Positions 9,291-18,781 are shown, counted from the stretch's first letter. The stretch is 64,000 bases of DNA from Candidatus Saccharimonadota bacterium (GCA_016286785.1 JAEEUB010000003.1:2328-66327); one strand, 5' to 3'. A program made the numbers and translations. The notes: a model not told the origin generated them from the letters alone.

Positions 9291-12170
9291 ATGCGAGAGT
9301 GGAGAGTTAAGTTGTTATTCTTGGTGGCTTTTTTCTCTATTGTGCTGACTAGTCTAGCTGGCGGCAAAGCTTTTGCTGAGGGGGATATTAGTATCTCGAT
9401 TTCTAGCGACTCAGTTAATTTTAATCTCCTTCCAGGAGCATTTGGGGCGGAATCACAAACAATCACAGCTTCTACCGAGAACATTGCCGGTTACACAATT
9501 AGGATGCGCACTACCGGGCCAAGCAGTGCCTTAATTAACACCGTGGATAGTGAATATACTGTTCAGACCTTTGAACTACCAACCGGCTCGGAAAGCATTC
9601 CTGTTGGAGAACTTGGCTACGGATACGGCTATAGCATAGATGGTGGAGCAAACTATTTGCCAGTTTCGGAGCCATCCGTGCGCGGAACGACCATTTTTAA
9701 AACTACGGCGCCCGGTGATTATACTCACAATCTGACCTTTGGAGTAAAAGTCCCGACAGATGCAAAAACGGGAGTTTACACGAATACTTTCGTCATTGAG
9801 GCGGTGGTGAATCTGGAGCCCTGTGCCCCAGAAAGCATTTGTTATTATGGCAACGGCGACGACGGAACAGGCGAAATGGAAGACCAGCTTGTAGGCTCAA
9901 ATAGTAATCCTACCCTAATACCAAGCAATTTTTCCCGTCCCGGGTACGGATTTGCAGGCTGGAACACCGAGATTGATGGTACGGGAACTAGCTACGGTCC
10001 AAGTCAGGCGATTCAAGTCGGCGACTTAGCTACCGAAGGTCTCCAACTTTACGCAATGTGGGTTAAGTCGGCTGGAAATTTGCAAAATTGGCAAGGTTGC
10101 AATGCGATGAACGGGAGCGAAATTACGGCACTAACAGACACTCGCGACGGCAGCACTTACGCCATAGCAAAATATGCAGACGGCAAATGCTGGATGATGG
10201 AAAACTTACGCCTTGATCTATCGGACGAAGATGTGGAAATAACCAGCAGCAATACCAATAAGCCAACTAGTGACTTTATGGATGCCGCCAATGCGCATCC
10301 AGTATCATCAAACAACTTTTGTACGGCCACCAATGCCGATTGTACAGATAGAGTTCTTTATAATACCAACAACATGAATCGTAACCTAACGCCATCATAT
10401 AGCGCAAATGATTCCAGCAGCTCATGGTATTCTTATGGCGGTTATTATAATTATTATACCGCCACCGCAGGGAATAGCGGGTATGGTTTTAAGACAAGGG
10501 GCGCTCCTGCAAACGGCGACATCTGCCCAGCGGGGTGGAAACTGCCCACTGGCGCCAGTCGAAACGACGACCTTGCAAAGCTCGACATTGCCTATGGCGG
10601 CAACGGCGCTTCTCATGAAACAGACCCCGATGGCACCATTGGCTCAAAGAGATGGCGAGCCTTCCCACTAAACTTTATATATAGCGGTGAACAAAAAGGC
10701 TCAGCAGGTTACAATAGGGGTATTTCGACCGGTATGAATACTGCTACTAATTACAGTGCAACTTCATCTTACAATTTATGGCTAAGAGCTACGGCTATAA
10801 ACATCATAAACAATACTACCGGTAAAGCACGCGGACAAACCGTTCGTTGTATCGTAAAAGAACCCTATAGCGCTGTTGGTAATATCCATTATGAAAGTAA
10901 TGGTGGGGCGGGTACAATGACAGATGCAACAAACGTAAATTTTGCTACAGCAACCGCCGCAAATAATCAGTTTACTAGAGCTTATCACGAATTTATAGGT
11001 TGGAATACAAGCGCGAACGGCAAAGGCGTTACGGTTTTGGAGGGTAGCGCGGTAGATGGAGCAGCTATGCATCTAGATTTAACTGATGGCGACACTCTAA
11101 CGCTTTATGCAATATGGCAACCATATTATAGCGTGGTATATGATGGCAACGGCGCGGACGCCGGTTCGATGGCGAGCATTACGCATCAGCACGTGGTTGA
11201 TGGGACGAACTTAGTGTCAACGAATTATTCAAAAATTGGGTATGGCTTTGCTGGGTGGAGTACGGATGCTACCGCTGGAACAAAACTGCAAAACCATGAA
11301 ACCGTAACAATATACGGGCCAAATCAGTATGCAAAAGCCGATAGCACATTTCTGGCAAATGTAGACGCAAACAACCAGATTACGCTTTATGCGGTCTGGT
11401 TGCCATCGGATACGAATGATACCATGCAAACCTTTAGCGGTACTAGATGTAGTGCAATGAGCGTGGGCGAGGCGTTAGCGCTCACCGACGAACGCGATTC
11501 AAATACTTATACTGTAACTAAGCTTGCGGATGGGCACTGCTGGATGACAGAAAATCTCAGACTAAAACCATCTGCAGTTACATTTACGCCAGCTAACACC
11601 AACAATCCGACCACTGCATTTATTAATGATGCGCCATTATCGCAAGATAGCACAACGCTTTGTAATGACGATGATAGTGCGTGTATCGATACGATTAGAT
11701 TTAACGCAAACAATATTAATAGAAACCTAACCGCCTCCCCTAATTCTAATGACGATTCTAGCTCATGGTATGGCTACGGCGTAATGTATAGCTGGTACGC
11801 CGCTACAGCAGGACGAGGAGACTACGCGATGGCGAGCGGAAATGTGACCGGCGACATCTGTCCGGCCGGATGGCGTTTGCCAACTGGAGGCGAAAACGGC
11901 GAATTCGTGGATCTAGTAAACCTCATGACTGGTAATAATGATTCGGCAACCAATAATAATATGCTAAAATTCCCCAACAACTTCACCTATTCCGGTGATT
12001 ATAATCACAATATTAGCGGTGGTCGCGGTAGCTACGGAAGGTTCTGGAGCGCAACGCCTAACGGCCAGATTAACGCTTATCGTCTCGGCGTAGCAGCATC
12101 ACACGGCGTAACTCCAGCCAATTCGTGGAACAAGTGGGACGCATTTGCTGTAAGATGCATCGTGAAATAA
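9291..12170 (+). CDS. Secreted surface protein: WxL-like N-domain, InlB/Listeria-Bacteroides B-repeats and two FISUMP (Fib_succ_major) domains
   Basis: Signal peptide; Y.GNG...F...GW repeats; two copies of D.RD...Y...K.ADG.CWM.ENLRL...YGxxY...AT...GDICP.GW.LP...VRCIVK. Confidence 0.88.
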   Translation: MREWRVKLLFLVAFFSIVLTSLAGGKAFAEGDISISISSDSVNFNLLPGAFGAESQTITASTENIAGYTIRMRTTGPSSALINTVDSEYTVQTFELPTGSESIPVGELGYGYGYSIDGGANYLPVSEPSVRGTTIFKTTAPGDYTHNLTFGVKVPTDAKTGVYTNTFVIEAVVNLEPCAPESICYYGNGDDGTGEMEDQLVGSNSNPTLIPSNFSRPGYGFAGWNTEIDGTGTSYGPSQAIQVGDLATEGLQLYAMWVKSAGNLQNWQGCNAMNGSEITALTDTRDGSTYAIAKYADGKCWMMENLRLDLSDEDVEITSSNTNKPTSDFMDAANAHPVSSNNFCTATNADCTDRVLYNTNNMNRNLTPSYSANDSSSSWYSYGGYYNYYTATAGNSGYGFKTRGAPANGDICPAGWKLPTGASRNDDLAKLDIAYGGNGASHETDPDGTIGSKRWRAFPLNFIYSGEQKGSAGYNRGISTGMNTATNYSATSSYNLWLRATAINIINNTTGKARGQTVRCIVKEPYSAVGNIHYESNGGAGTMTDATNVNFATATAANNQFTRAYHEFIGWNTSANGKGVTVLEGSAVDGAAMHLDLTDGDTLTLYAIWQPYYSVVYDGNGADAGSMASITHQHVVDGTNLVSTNYSKIGYGFAGWSTDATAGTKLQNHETVTIYGPNQYAKADSTFLANVDANNQITLYAVWLPSDTNDTMQTFSGTRCSAMSVGEALALTDERDSNTYTVTKLADGHCWMTENLRLKPSAVTFTPANTNNPTTAFINDAPLSQDSTTLCNDDDSACIDTIRFNANNINRNLTASPNSNDDSSSWYGYGVMYSWYAATAGRGDYAMASGNVTGDICPAGWRLPTGGENGEFVDLVNLMTGNNDSATNNNMLKFPNNFTYSGDYNHNISGGRGSYGRFWSATPNGQINAYRLGVAASHGVTPANSWNKWDAFAVRCIVK

Positions 12171-12298
12171 GACTCCAGTATATTTCGAGAAGCTTCAATA
12201 ACAAAAAATTGACGCGCCAAAGTATTCATTGTTTTAAAGTTTTATTATTTTTTTGGAATTATTGTGCTATACTTAACATAAGTAGAATGAGTTAGTGT

Positions 12299-14344
12299 AT
12301 GAAATTATTAAATGCAATTATTGTTTCAGTGGTTTCAATTTCTTTATTGACCCCTTTGCGCGTAAGCGCTTTGACTTGTGGTGCGAATGCAATTTGTCCT
12401 ACTTCAATTGAATACGTCGAAAAATCCGCAAATACCGAAGTATTGACCGACGCATCAATCAACAATGGTAAAATAAATATCGATATCAAGATGCTAGAAC
12501 TTGGCGACTACATAAAATATAAACTTATATTAGAGAACACATCAGAGGATGAATACAGGTTAGAAGACGCATCTTTTGATAATGACAAAGCTATCGTGTA
12601 TTCTGCTACATTTATTGATAATAAGGACACCATTGCTCCAGGTGACAGCAAGGAAGCAATTCTTACAATAGAGTATAAGAATTCAATCAAAGATGCCGAT
12701 TATGTGGACGATACCTATGTCGGCAATATTGATGCTACACTATTATTGACTAAAATTTCTGTACCAACTCCCGATGCATCTGACGCCCCATCAATTATTC
12801 CACCAAATTCAGGTGCTTCGAATGATTCGTCAACCGCTACATCGAATTCAGACGCTTCGAGTAGTTTTCCAATTGTTTTCATGACTTTTGCTATAATTGC
12901 TACCTCTATAATTTATGTTTTTTATCATAAATTTGGCCGAATTCGCCTAGTGATCATAGCTACTCTTTTTATTGGCGTCCTCGCTTCATTTGATGCATTT
13001 GCTACTGAAACTTGTGCAATTAAAATTGAATCGAAAGTTACAATACCAAGATACGAAGGACGCGAAATATATAAAGTTGTAACTGAAAAGATGATTAGCG
13101 ACGATGAGAGTAGCGAGTTTGTAGAACCGACTACTGGTGTGAATTTTCTGGAGCCATCCAGCAATACAAATGGGAAAGGTGTTTATGTTTTTTCACCAAC
13201 TAAAAATAATGATGTTCCGATTTACTACTATCGTGGCGCAGTTAACAATAATAATCTGATTTTTGCGGATTTTTGTTGGAAAGTATTTAGGACAACCGAA
13301 ACCGAAGGTCTCAAAATGATCTATAATGGTATCCCAACTAACGGTCAGTGTCTTGCCGATGGTAATGACACTATGGTAGCGACAGGTGTAAAATATAACT
13401 CCTCCGCAAGCAACCTTAGCTACTTTGGATATAGCTATGCCTCGAACGGCCACGCGCTTAGCTATATGACTAACTCTAAAATAGCCAATGGCATGGTGTT
13501 CGCAAATGATGTTTCGTATATTGACGGCCACTATACTTTAAGCGGCGATCAGTATATTAAGGATAGCAACTTTACGACTGATCGAGATTTAGTTTTGAAG
13601 ACTCATCATTATACTTGTTTAAAGGTCAGTGGCACAGAATGTGAAACGGTTAGATATGTTTATATGACTAGAAGCAGTGTCATGTTCTACGTTACGCTAA
13701 AAAATGGCGAAAAAATTGAAGATGCAATAAGAAATGACATTACCAATGAGGCTAATACTAATAAATCAATTGTTCGTGCGACTGTAGACAATTGGTATCG
13801 AGATAATATGACAGCATACACGGATAGTCTTGAGGATGCCGTATGGTGTAATGACCGTAGTTTATACGATGTTGGCGGATGGGATAAAAACAATGACGTA
13901 TTCGAAATCACGGGAGAGCAAGACGGGAAAATGATTTTTAATACCAATTATCGTGTTTTTATTTCCGGTAAACCCGAGATTGGTTGCGCAAGTAAAAATG
14001 ATGCATTTACGGTTAGCGAAGAAAACGGCAATGGTAATCTAGAATATCCAGTTGGCCTTATGACACTAGATGAAGCAGTTTTGGCCGGTTATAATTGGTA
14101 TAAATATGGTAGCATCTCCGACAATTATCTCAATAATGGCAAGGGTTGGTGGCTAATGTCTCCATCCCTTGTAAGTGCAAATAGTATTTATGTTGGTGTG
14201 GCCTACTCTGTAGTGGACAATGTTTCGCCAGTTTATGTTAGTAATGGGCTTGGTGGCGTACGGCCAACAATATCGCTTAAAGGACGGTTCAGAATCCTAA
14301 GTGGCGATGGTTCGGGTGATAAACCATTTGTTTTGGAGAATTAA
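12299..14344 (+). CDS. Surface protein with internal double TM hairpin and a C-terminal YYYRG...WCNDRS...PVGL domain
   Basis: Signal peptide, Ig-like region, PTP linker, PPNSG plus TM, second hydrophobic segment; the C-domain resembles families expanded in low-GC gut Bacilli (inference). Confidence 0.75.
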   Translation: MKLLNAIIVSVVSISLLTPLRVSALTCGANAICPTSIEYVEKSANTEVLTDASINNGKINIDIKMLELGDYIKYKLILENTSEDEYRLEDASFDNDKAIVYSATFIDNKDTIAPGDSKEAILTIEYKNSIKDADYVDDTYVGNIDATLLLTKISVPTPDASDAPSIIPPNSGASNDSSTATSNSDASSSFPIVFMTFAIIATSIIYVFYHKFGRIRLVIIATLFIGVLASFDAFATETCAIKIESKVTIPRYEGREIYKVVTEKMISDDESSEFVEPTTGVNFLEPSSNTNGKGVYVFSPTKNNDVPIYYYRGAVNNNNLIFADFCWKVFRTTETEGLKMIYNGIPTNGQCLADGNDTMVATGVKYNSSASNLSYFGYSYASNGHALSYMTNSKIANGMVFANDVSYIDGHYTLSGDQYIKDSNFTTDRDLVLKTHHYTCLKVSGTECETVRYVYMTRSSVMFYVTLKNGEKIEDAIRNDITNEANTNKSIVRATVDNWYRDNMTAYTDSLEDAVWCNDRSLYDVGGWDKNNDVFEITGEQDGKMIFNTNYRVFISGKPEIGCASKNDAFTVSEENGNGNLEYPVGLMTLDEAVLAGYNWYKYGSISDNYLNNGKGWWLMSPSLVSANSIYVGVAYSVVDNVSPVYVSNGLGGVRPTISLKGRFRILSGDGSGDKPFVLEN

Positions 14345-14366
14345 AAAGGACAATAGAATCTTCAAT

Positions 14367-14381
14367 TAATTTGGTACACCC
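14367..14381. repeat. att-like copy of a tRNA-Arg 3' end (TAATTTGGTACACCC, identical at 15126-15140; 10-bp core also at 14880-14889)
   Basis: Exact 15-bp match read from the sequence. Confidence 0.75.
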
Positions 14382-14438
14382 TAGTGAAAGAAGTTGCAAC
14401 TATGCTGAAGGCAGATTTGATGAATAACGATTATGATA

Positions 14439-14858
14439 TTATTCTATTTTTGTGAAGATATTTTTTGCTTCTTCAAATATGATATCGTGAGAATTTGATA
14501 TTTTTATTAATGAACCGTCGCATTGGGCGCTAACTGCTGTCCCGGCATCAAAAATCAAATTGTCTTCGGATTGTCTGCCTTTTATTTTTTTGTTTATAAA
14601 TTCTAGGACCGTGTTGTATTCATTATTATTTAGCGTTTTTACAAGTTTTATATAGTTTTCGTTGCGAAGATAGGTTCTAGATGGCATTTTACAATTGAAA
14701 AGGTATTCATATAGCTTTTTGTCATCGGTGATTATTTTACCTCGAGTCCCATAATCTCCTTCTCCCCACCATTCACTAATGCCAAATAACAATTTTTGCT
14801 CAATTGGTCTCAGTTCTTCCTGTATTTTTTTTACTTCTTCTTCGGTGTAAGCTTCCAT
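14439..14858 (-). CDS. Hypothetical protein (AT-rich cargo between tRNA-Arg and the att copy)
   Basis: Start MEAYTEEE with AGGAG SD; the longer track start overlaps the tRNA and was trimmed. Confidence 0.75.
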   Translation of the reverse strand: MEAYTEEEVKKIQEELRPIEQKLLFGISEWWGEGDYGTRGKIITDDKKLYEYLFNCKMPSRTYLRNENYIKLVKTLNNNEYNTVLEFINKKIKGRQSEDNLIFDAGTAVSAQCDGSLIKISNSHDIIFEEAKNIFTKIE

Positions 14859-14880
14859 TTTTCTCCTACGTTGACTTTTT

Positions 14881-14957
14881 TGGTACACCGGATAGGATTC
14901 GAACCTACGACCCCTTGTTCCGAAGACAAGTGCTCTAATCCACTGAGCTACCGGTGC
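14881..14957 (-). tRNA. tRNA-Arg(TCG)
   Basis: Anticodon arm CTTGT-CTTCGGA-ACAAG, GCACCGG/CCGGTGT acceptor stem, CCA. Confidence 0.95.
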
Positions 14958-15130
14958 ATATTATTATTTGACGAACACAATAAAAGCGATAATCTTGCTA
15001 ATCATTTTAAGGGCCCGTATCGACATTATATCATATCTAGAGAGAAAATGTGCGCCCCGTAGAACCTAAGCTTTGCTATCAACTTTTATATCTAAGCAAT
15101 ACTTGCTCCAAAACGCCTAAAAACGTAATT

Positions 15131-15205
15131 TGGTACACCCGACCGGAATCGAACCGATATCGTTGGTTCCGGAAACCAATGTTCTATCCGTTGAACTACG
15201 GGTGC
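15131..15205 (-). tRNA. tRNA-Arg(CCG)
   Basis: Anticodon arm TTGGT-TTCCGGA-ACCAA, GGTTCGATT T-loop, CCA. Confidence 0.95.
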
Positions 15206-15297
15206 GCCAGGCATATTATACCACTTTTTTAGCCGTTTAAAAGCTTAAGCTAGGTTTAGGGGTTGAGTCGCAGAATGTCTTACGTTAAAAAAAATGC

Positions 15298-16746
15298 ATG
15301 CTAAGGCGTCGCAAAATTAGTTTCCATCAATCATGGGCTTTTGTAGCGAGTTGCACAGGTGTGATAATAGGCGCTATTTTGATGTGTATTTTTAGATTTA
15401 CCTTTTTCCATTCTTGGTGGTGGCTGGTTTTTGGATTAATCATTCTTTTTATATCGTTAATAAGGCCCAGACTATTATTCGTATTAACGGCCCTAATTGC
15501 TGGAATAATCCTGGCGTTTGCAAGAACTTCTCCAGAACTATACGAAAAAGATTACATTCGCCAATTCTATGATCAAACAGTAGAGGTCTCTGGAGTCGTG
15601 GAAGGTGACCCAGAAAAAGACGAAGGCGCTATAAAGTTTAAACTAAAAAATCTCAGATTTGGCGGGCCAGAATCTAAATTAAAAAACGGGGTTCTTTTTG
15701 TTTCTCTTCCGTCGCCACATAAAATTGAAAGAGGAGATGCCGTTTGGCTAAAAGGAAAACTATCCTCTGGGTTTGGATCTTACACGGGAAGTCTTTATCG
15801 CCCAGCGGTCATTAAATGGGAAAAACCAAACCCAGGCGATCTCTCGCTAAAATTACGAAATTGGCTAGCCGAAAGAATAGAAGCGGTAATCCCAAAACCA
15901 GAAGTGGGGCTTGGTTTATCATATTTACTAGGTATAAAAACAAACCTATCAAAAGAGCTAGAGGATAATCTACGAACCGCTAGTCTCATGCATGTCATAG
16001 TAACTAGTGGCACGCATCTTGGAATACTGGTTGGCGCAGTGCGTAAGGTTTTTGGCAAATTTTCGCGCTTTTTTAGTACGCTAGTTTCGTGTATTGTGAC
16101 GGTATTCTTTATGTCTATGGTCGGATTTACCCCGTCAATCACAAGGGCCGGAATAATGGTACTTTTGATGCTCCTAGCCAGGTATAGTGGTCGCAAAATT
16201 AGTGTTTGGCGAATCATTATAATTGTTGCGGCAATCACTCTGTTTATTAATCCTGCAAATTTAACTAATCAAGGCTGGCTTTTATCGTTTGCGAGCTACG
16301 CCGGAGTAATGATAATAAGCCCAAGGCTACAAAGATTTCTTTACGGCAAAAAGAAACCAGGCTTTGTTGGGTCGTCCCTAATAACATCTTTTTCCGCTAC
16401 CTTTATGACTCTACCGATTGTGTTATATTATTATGGTCAAATCTCGCTTTTATTTTTTATTTCAAATCTAATAATTATGCCGACTCTGCCATATGTAATG
16501 GGCTCAACTTTCTTATGCGGCATTTTTGCGGGAATACCAATTATAGAAAGCATAATCTCATTTATAACTACAAAGATGTTAGGCTTTCATGTTTGGATAA
16601 TTGGATGCCTTGGTGAGATGAAGGAATTTTTGGTAGAGGTAAAAATTGGCATTCCGGCCGTATTATTAATATATGTAGCTATCGCCTTAATAATTGGAAT
16701 TAATTATTTTATCATTAAAACTAGAAGTGATATAATAAAAACATGA
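15298..16746 (+). CDS. comEC: ComEC/Rec2 competence DNA-uptake channel (no C-terminal MBL domain)
   Basis: DUF4131-like OB region, HVIVTSGTH, PSITRAGIM, GWLLSFAS, SNLIIMP; multiple TM helices. Confidence 0.9.
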   Translation: MLRRRKISFHQSWAFVASCTGVIIGAILMCIFRFTFFHSWWWLVFGLIILFISLIRPRLLFVLTALIAGIILAFARTSPELYEKDYIRQFYDQTVEVSGVVEGDPEKDEGAIKFKLKNLRFGGPESKLKNGVLFVSLPSPHKIERGDAVWLKGKLSSGFGSYTGSLYRPAVIKWEKPNPGDLSLKLRNWLAERIEAVIPKPEVGLGLSYLLGIKTNLSKELEDNLRTASLMHVIVTSGTHLGILVGAVRKVFGKFSRFFSTLVSCIVTVFFMSMVGFTPSITRAGIMVLLMLLARYSGRKISVWRIIIIVAAITLFINPANLTNQGWLLSFASYAGVMIISPRLQRFLYGKKKPGFVGSSLITSFSATFMTLPIVLYYYGQISLLFFISNLIIMPTLPYVMGSTFLCGIFAGIPIIESIISFITTKMLGFHVWIIGCLGEMKEFLVEVKIGIPAVLLIYVAIALIIGINYFIIKTRSDIIKT

Positions 16747-17378
16747 GTAATTTAGTTAAAGAAGAATCAATAGGAACAATCAAAAAAATCAGAAACATAT
16801 ACCTTTATTCCATTATCTGGATACTGGTAGCCGAGCTAGTATTTTGGGTGGTAGCAATTCTTATCTCTAACAATATTTATGGAGAATACATCGGGAAAGC
16901 GCAAACAATGTTTCTTTCCTTCGTTGGGTGCGCACTTCTAAACATAGGCGCATTTAAAATCATGGAAATTGGCAACGAGAAAGCGCAAGCATTTTCGGTT
17001 ATAAGCATTTTTACTTCAATCATGGCTGTCATTCTTGATGTCTTATTAATTTGGGAAGTTTTCCCTGGCATGGTAGGCTTTAAATTATCACCAATAACAA
17101 AACTTACATTGTGTGTGGCCGTAACTGCCCTAGCAAGTTTGCTTGCGGGTGCGGTGATGTTAATAAAAGACGAGTCAAAGGCCGGAAGAATCGCCTCTTT
17201 AATATGCCTTGCAATTGCTTACGCGCTATCCCTTGTCGGCATCATCAGCCCAGATGATCCAGAAAAATTAATACTGTTAATTTTTGTGATTACATTTGGC
17301 TCATGTTTGATTTGGCTGGTCACACTCTTGGTTAGAAAGATCACGAAAGGAAGCTCAGCCCCTAATGGGGAGCAATAG
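16743..17378 (+). CDS. Hypothetical integral membrane protein (about 6 TM)
   Basis: Hydrophobic ORF translationally coupled to comEC. Confidence 0.75.
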   Translation: MSNLVKEESIGTIKKIRNIYLYSIIWILVAELVFWVVAILISNNIYGEYIGKAQTMFLSFVGCALLNIGAFKIMEIGNEKAQAFSVISIFTSIMAVILDVLLIWEVFPGMVGFKLSPITKLTLCVAVTALASLLAGAVMLIKDESKAGRIASLICLAIAYALSLVGIISPDDPEKLILLIFVITFGSCLIWLVTLLVRKITKGSSAPNGEQ

Positions 17379-17440
17379 CTTTTTAATAAAAATGTGATAT
17401 AATTAATAAAGATATATAATATTTTGATGGGAGAAAAATA

Positions 17441-18142
17441 ATGTCGGGACACAGCAAATGGGCAACAACCAAACGGCAAAAAGCAGTAGTTGACGCTAAG
17501 CGTGGCGCGCTTTTCACCAAAATTGGTAACCAAATCGCAATTGCAGCACGTGGTGGCACAGACCCGGCAATGAATCCTAGCCTTGCCATGGTACTAGAAA
17601 AAGCTCGCCACGCAAACATGCCAAAAGCAAACATCGAACGGGCTATCGCAAGAGCAGCAGATAAATCGGCAGCAGCACTAATCGAAGAAGTATACGAAGC
17701 GTATGGTCCTGGTGGTGTTGGAATTATTATTGAAGTTGCAACCGACAATAAAAATCGCACCATGCCAGAAGTTCGCCATACTCTGGATAAAAGCGGTGGC
17801 CGCATGGCAGACCCTGGTAGCGTGATGTTTCAGTTTGCTAGAAAGGGTGTAATCGAAATTTCCGAAAAGGGTGAAGATGCCTTAATGGCCGCGCTCGAAG
17901 CTGGCGCAGAAGATGCTACCGAAGAAGATGATGGGATTGTAATTTACACAGATGCAGCCGACTTGATGAAAGTTAGAGGTGCCTTAGCGGATGGCGGCAT
18001 GACGATAACCTCGGCAGAATTACAATACGTCCCAACTTCATCCGTGCCAGTCGAGGGAGATGATGCAGAAAAGCTAGAAAAACTACTTGACGCAATAGAT
18101 GATTTAGACGACGTAACAAATGTATATACAAACGCAGAATAA
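17441..18142 (+). CDS. yebC: YebC/PmpR family protein
   Basis: MSGHSKWATTKRQK, EAYGPGGVGIIIE..TDNKNRT, DDLDDVTNVYTN. Confidence 0.97.
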   Translation: MSGHSKWATTKRQKAVVDAKRGALFTKIGNQIAIAARGGTDPAMNPSLAMVLEKARHANMPKANIERAIARAADKSAAALIEEVYEAYGPGGVGIIIEVATDNKNRTMPEVRHTLDKSGGRMADPGSVMFQFARKGVIEISEKGEDALMAALEAGAEDATEEDDGIVIYTDAADLMKVRGALADGGMTITSAELQYVPTSSVPVEGDDAEKLEKLLDAIDDLDDVTNVYTNAE

Positions 18143-18168
18143 AAATAAGCCCTTGAGGGGCTTATTTT
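18142..18168. terminator. Bidirectional intrinsic terminator
   Basis: AAAATAAGCCC/GGGCTTATTTT stem between convergent genes. Confidence 0.85.
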
Positions 18169-18271
18169 AGCGACCATCTTTAAGACGCGGATGTTGGCGC
18201 TTGTCGCTGTGCTTGTGATTATTGTTCCGGTTTTGTTTGCTAACCGGTTTCATTTTGAATTTTCTTGCCAT
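18167..18271 (-). CDS. Small basic protein, 34 aa (MARKFKMKPVSKQNRNNNHKHSDKRQHPRLKDGR), not in the ORF track
   Basis: Open frame with TGTTATAAT 6 nt before the ATG (same leaderless pattern as neighbours) and a terminator at the stop. Confidence 0.7.
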   Translation of the reverse strand: MARKFKMKPVSKQNRNNNHKHSDKRQHPRLKDGR

Positions 18272-18318
18272 AGTAATATTATAACATATTTTGTTATTAT
18301 ATGATATAATTGAGGCAC

Positions 18319-18404
18319 GGAAGGGTGGCCGAGTGGTTGATGGCACTGGTCTTGAAAACCAGCATACGAAAGTATCGCAGGTTCGAATCCTGTCCCTTCC
18401 GCCA
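18319..18404 (+). tRNA. tRNA-Ser(TGA)
   Basis: GGAAGGG/CCCTTCC acceptor stem, CTGGT-CTTGAAA-ACCAG arm, long variable arm, G73 CCA. Confidence 0.96.
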
Positions 18405-18411
18405 AGCCAAA

Positions 18412-18526
18412 AAGAGCAAAGAAAGGCGAAGCCTTTCTAGCAGACTGAAGGAAATAAAAATCTAGAGCTTGCTCTAGTATTTTTATTTCCTGAAGAATGC
18501 GTTAGAAGCGAAGCTTCTTTGCTCTT
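18412..18526. repeat. Nested palindromic element (REP/MITE-like) with two GCGAAGC mini-hairpins
   Basis: Outer arms AAGAGCAAAGAA/TTCTTTGCTCTT; central AGGAAATAAAAAT-CTAGAGC stem and its complement. Confidence 0.8.
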
Positions 18527-18781
18527 AGGGTTTGGAGGCTCTAAGGGGCTAGGATCCCTATCCTGTCCCATAAAGCTTCGCTTTTTTTATTCAAAAAAAG
18601 AATCAAGCGAAGATCTAAAAAGAATCGCCGAAATCGTCTAGCCGCCAAGACTCTTTTAGTTGCCTTCTCCAAATTAGGGCCCCACTTGGGGCCCTTTTTT
18701 GTATATTTTAAAAAACTTGTGTTAATATTAATATAAAGAAGGTTAACATTAAAAAGCGGTGGGCAGAGGAGGTGCCACAAA

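Noticed and set aside
10680-12170. FISUMP C-termini as DGR variable/template repeats
   Set aside because: The two domain ends differ far beyond adenine-specific changes, and no template repeat or reverse transcriptase is present in the window
15049-15066. Pseudo-tRNA remnant TGTGCGCCCCGTAGAACC between the two Arg tRNAs
   Set aside because: Too short and inexact to distinguish from chance
18600-18700. tmRNA tag-like reading (NRLAA)
   Set aside because: LAA is not followed by a stop, and there are no tmRNA GGGG 5' or acceptor-like 3' ends
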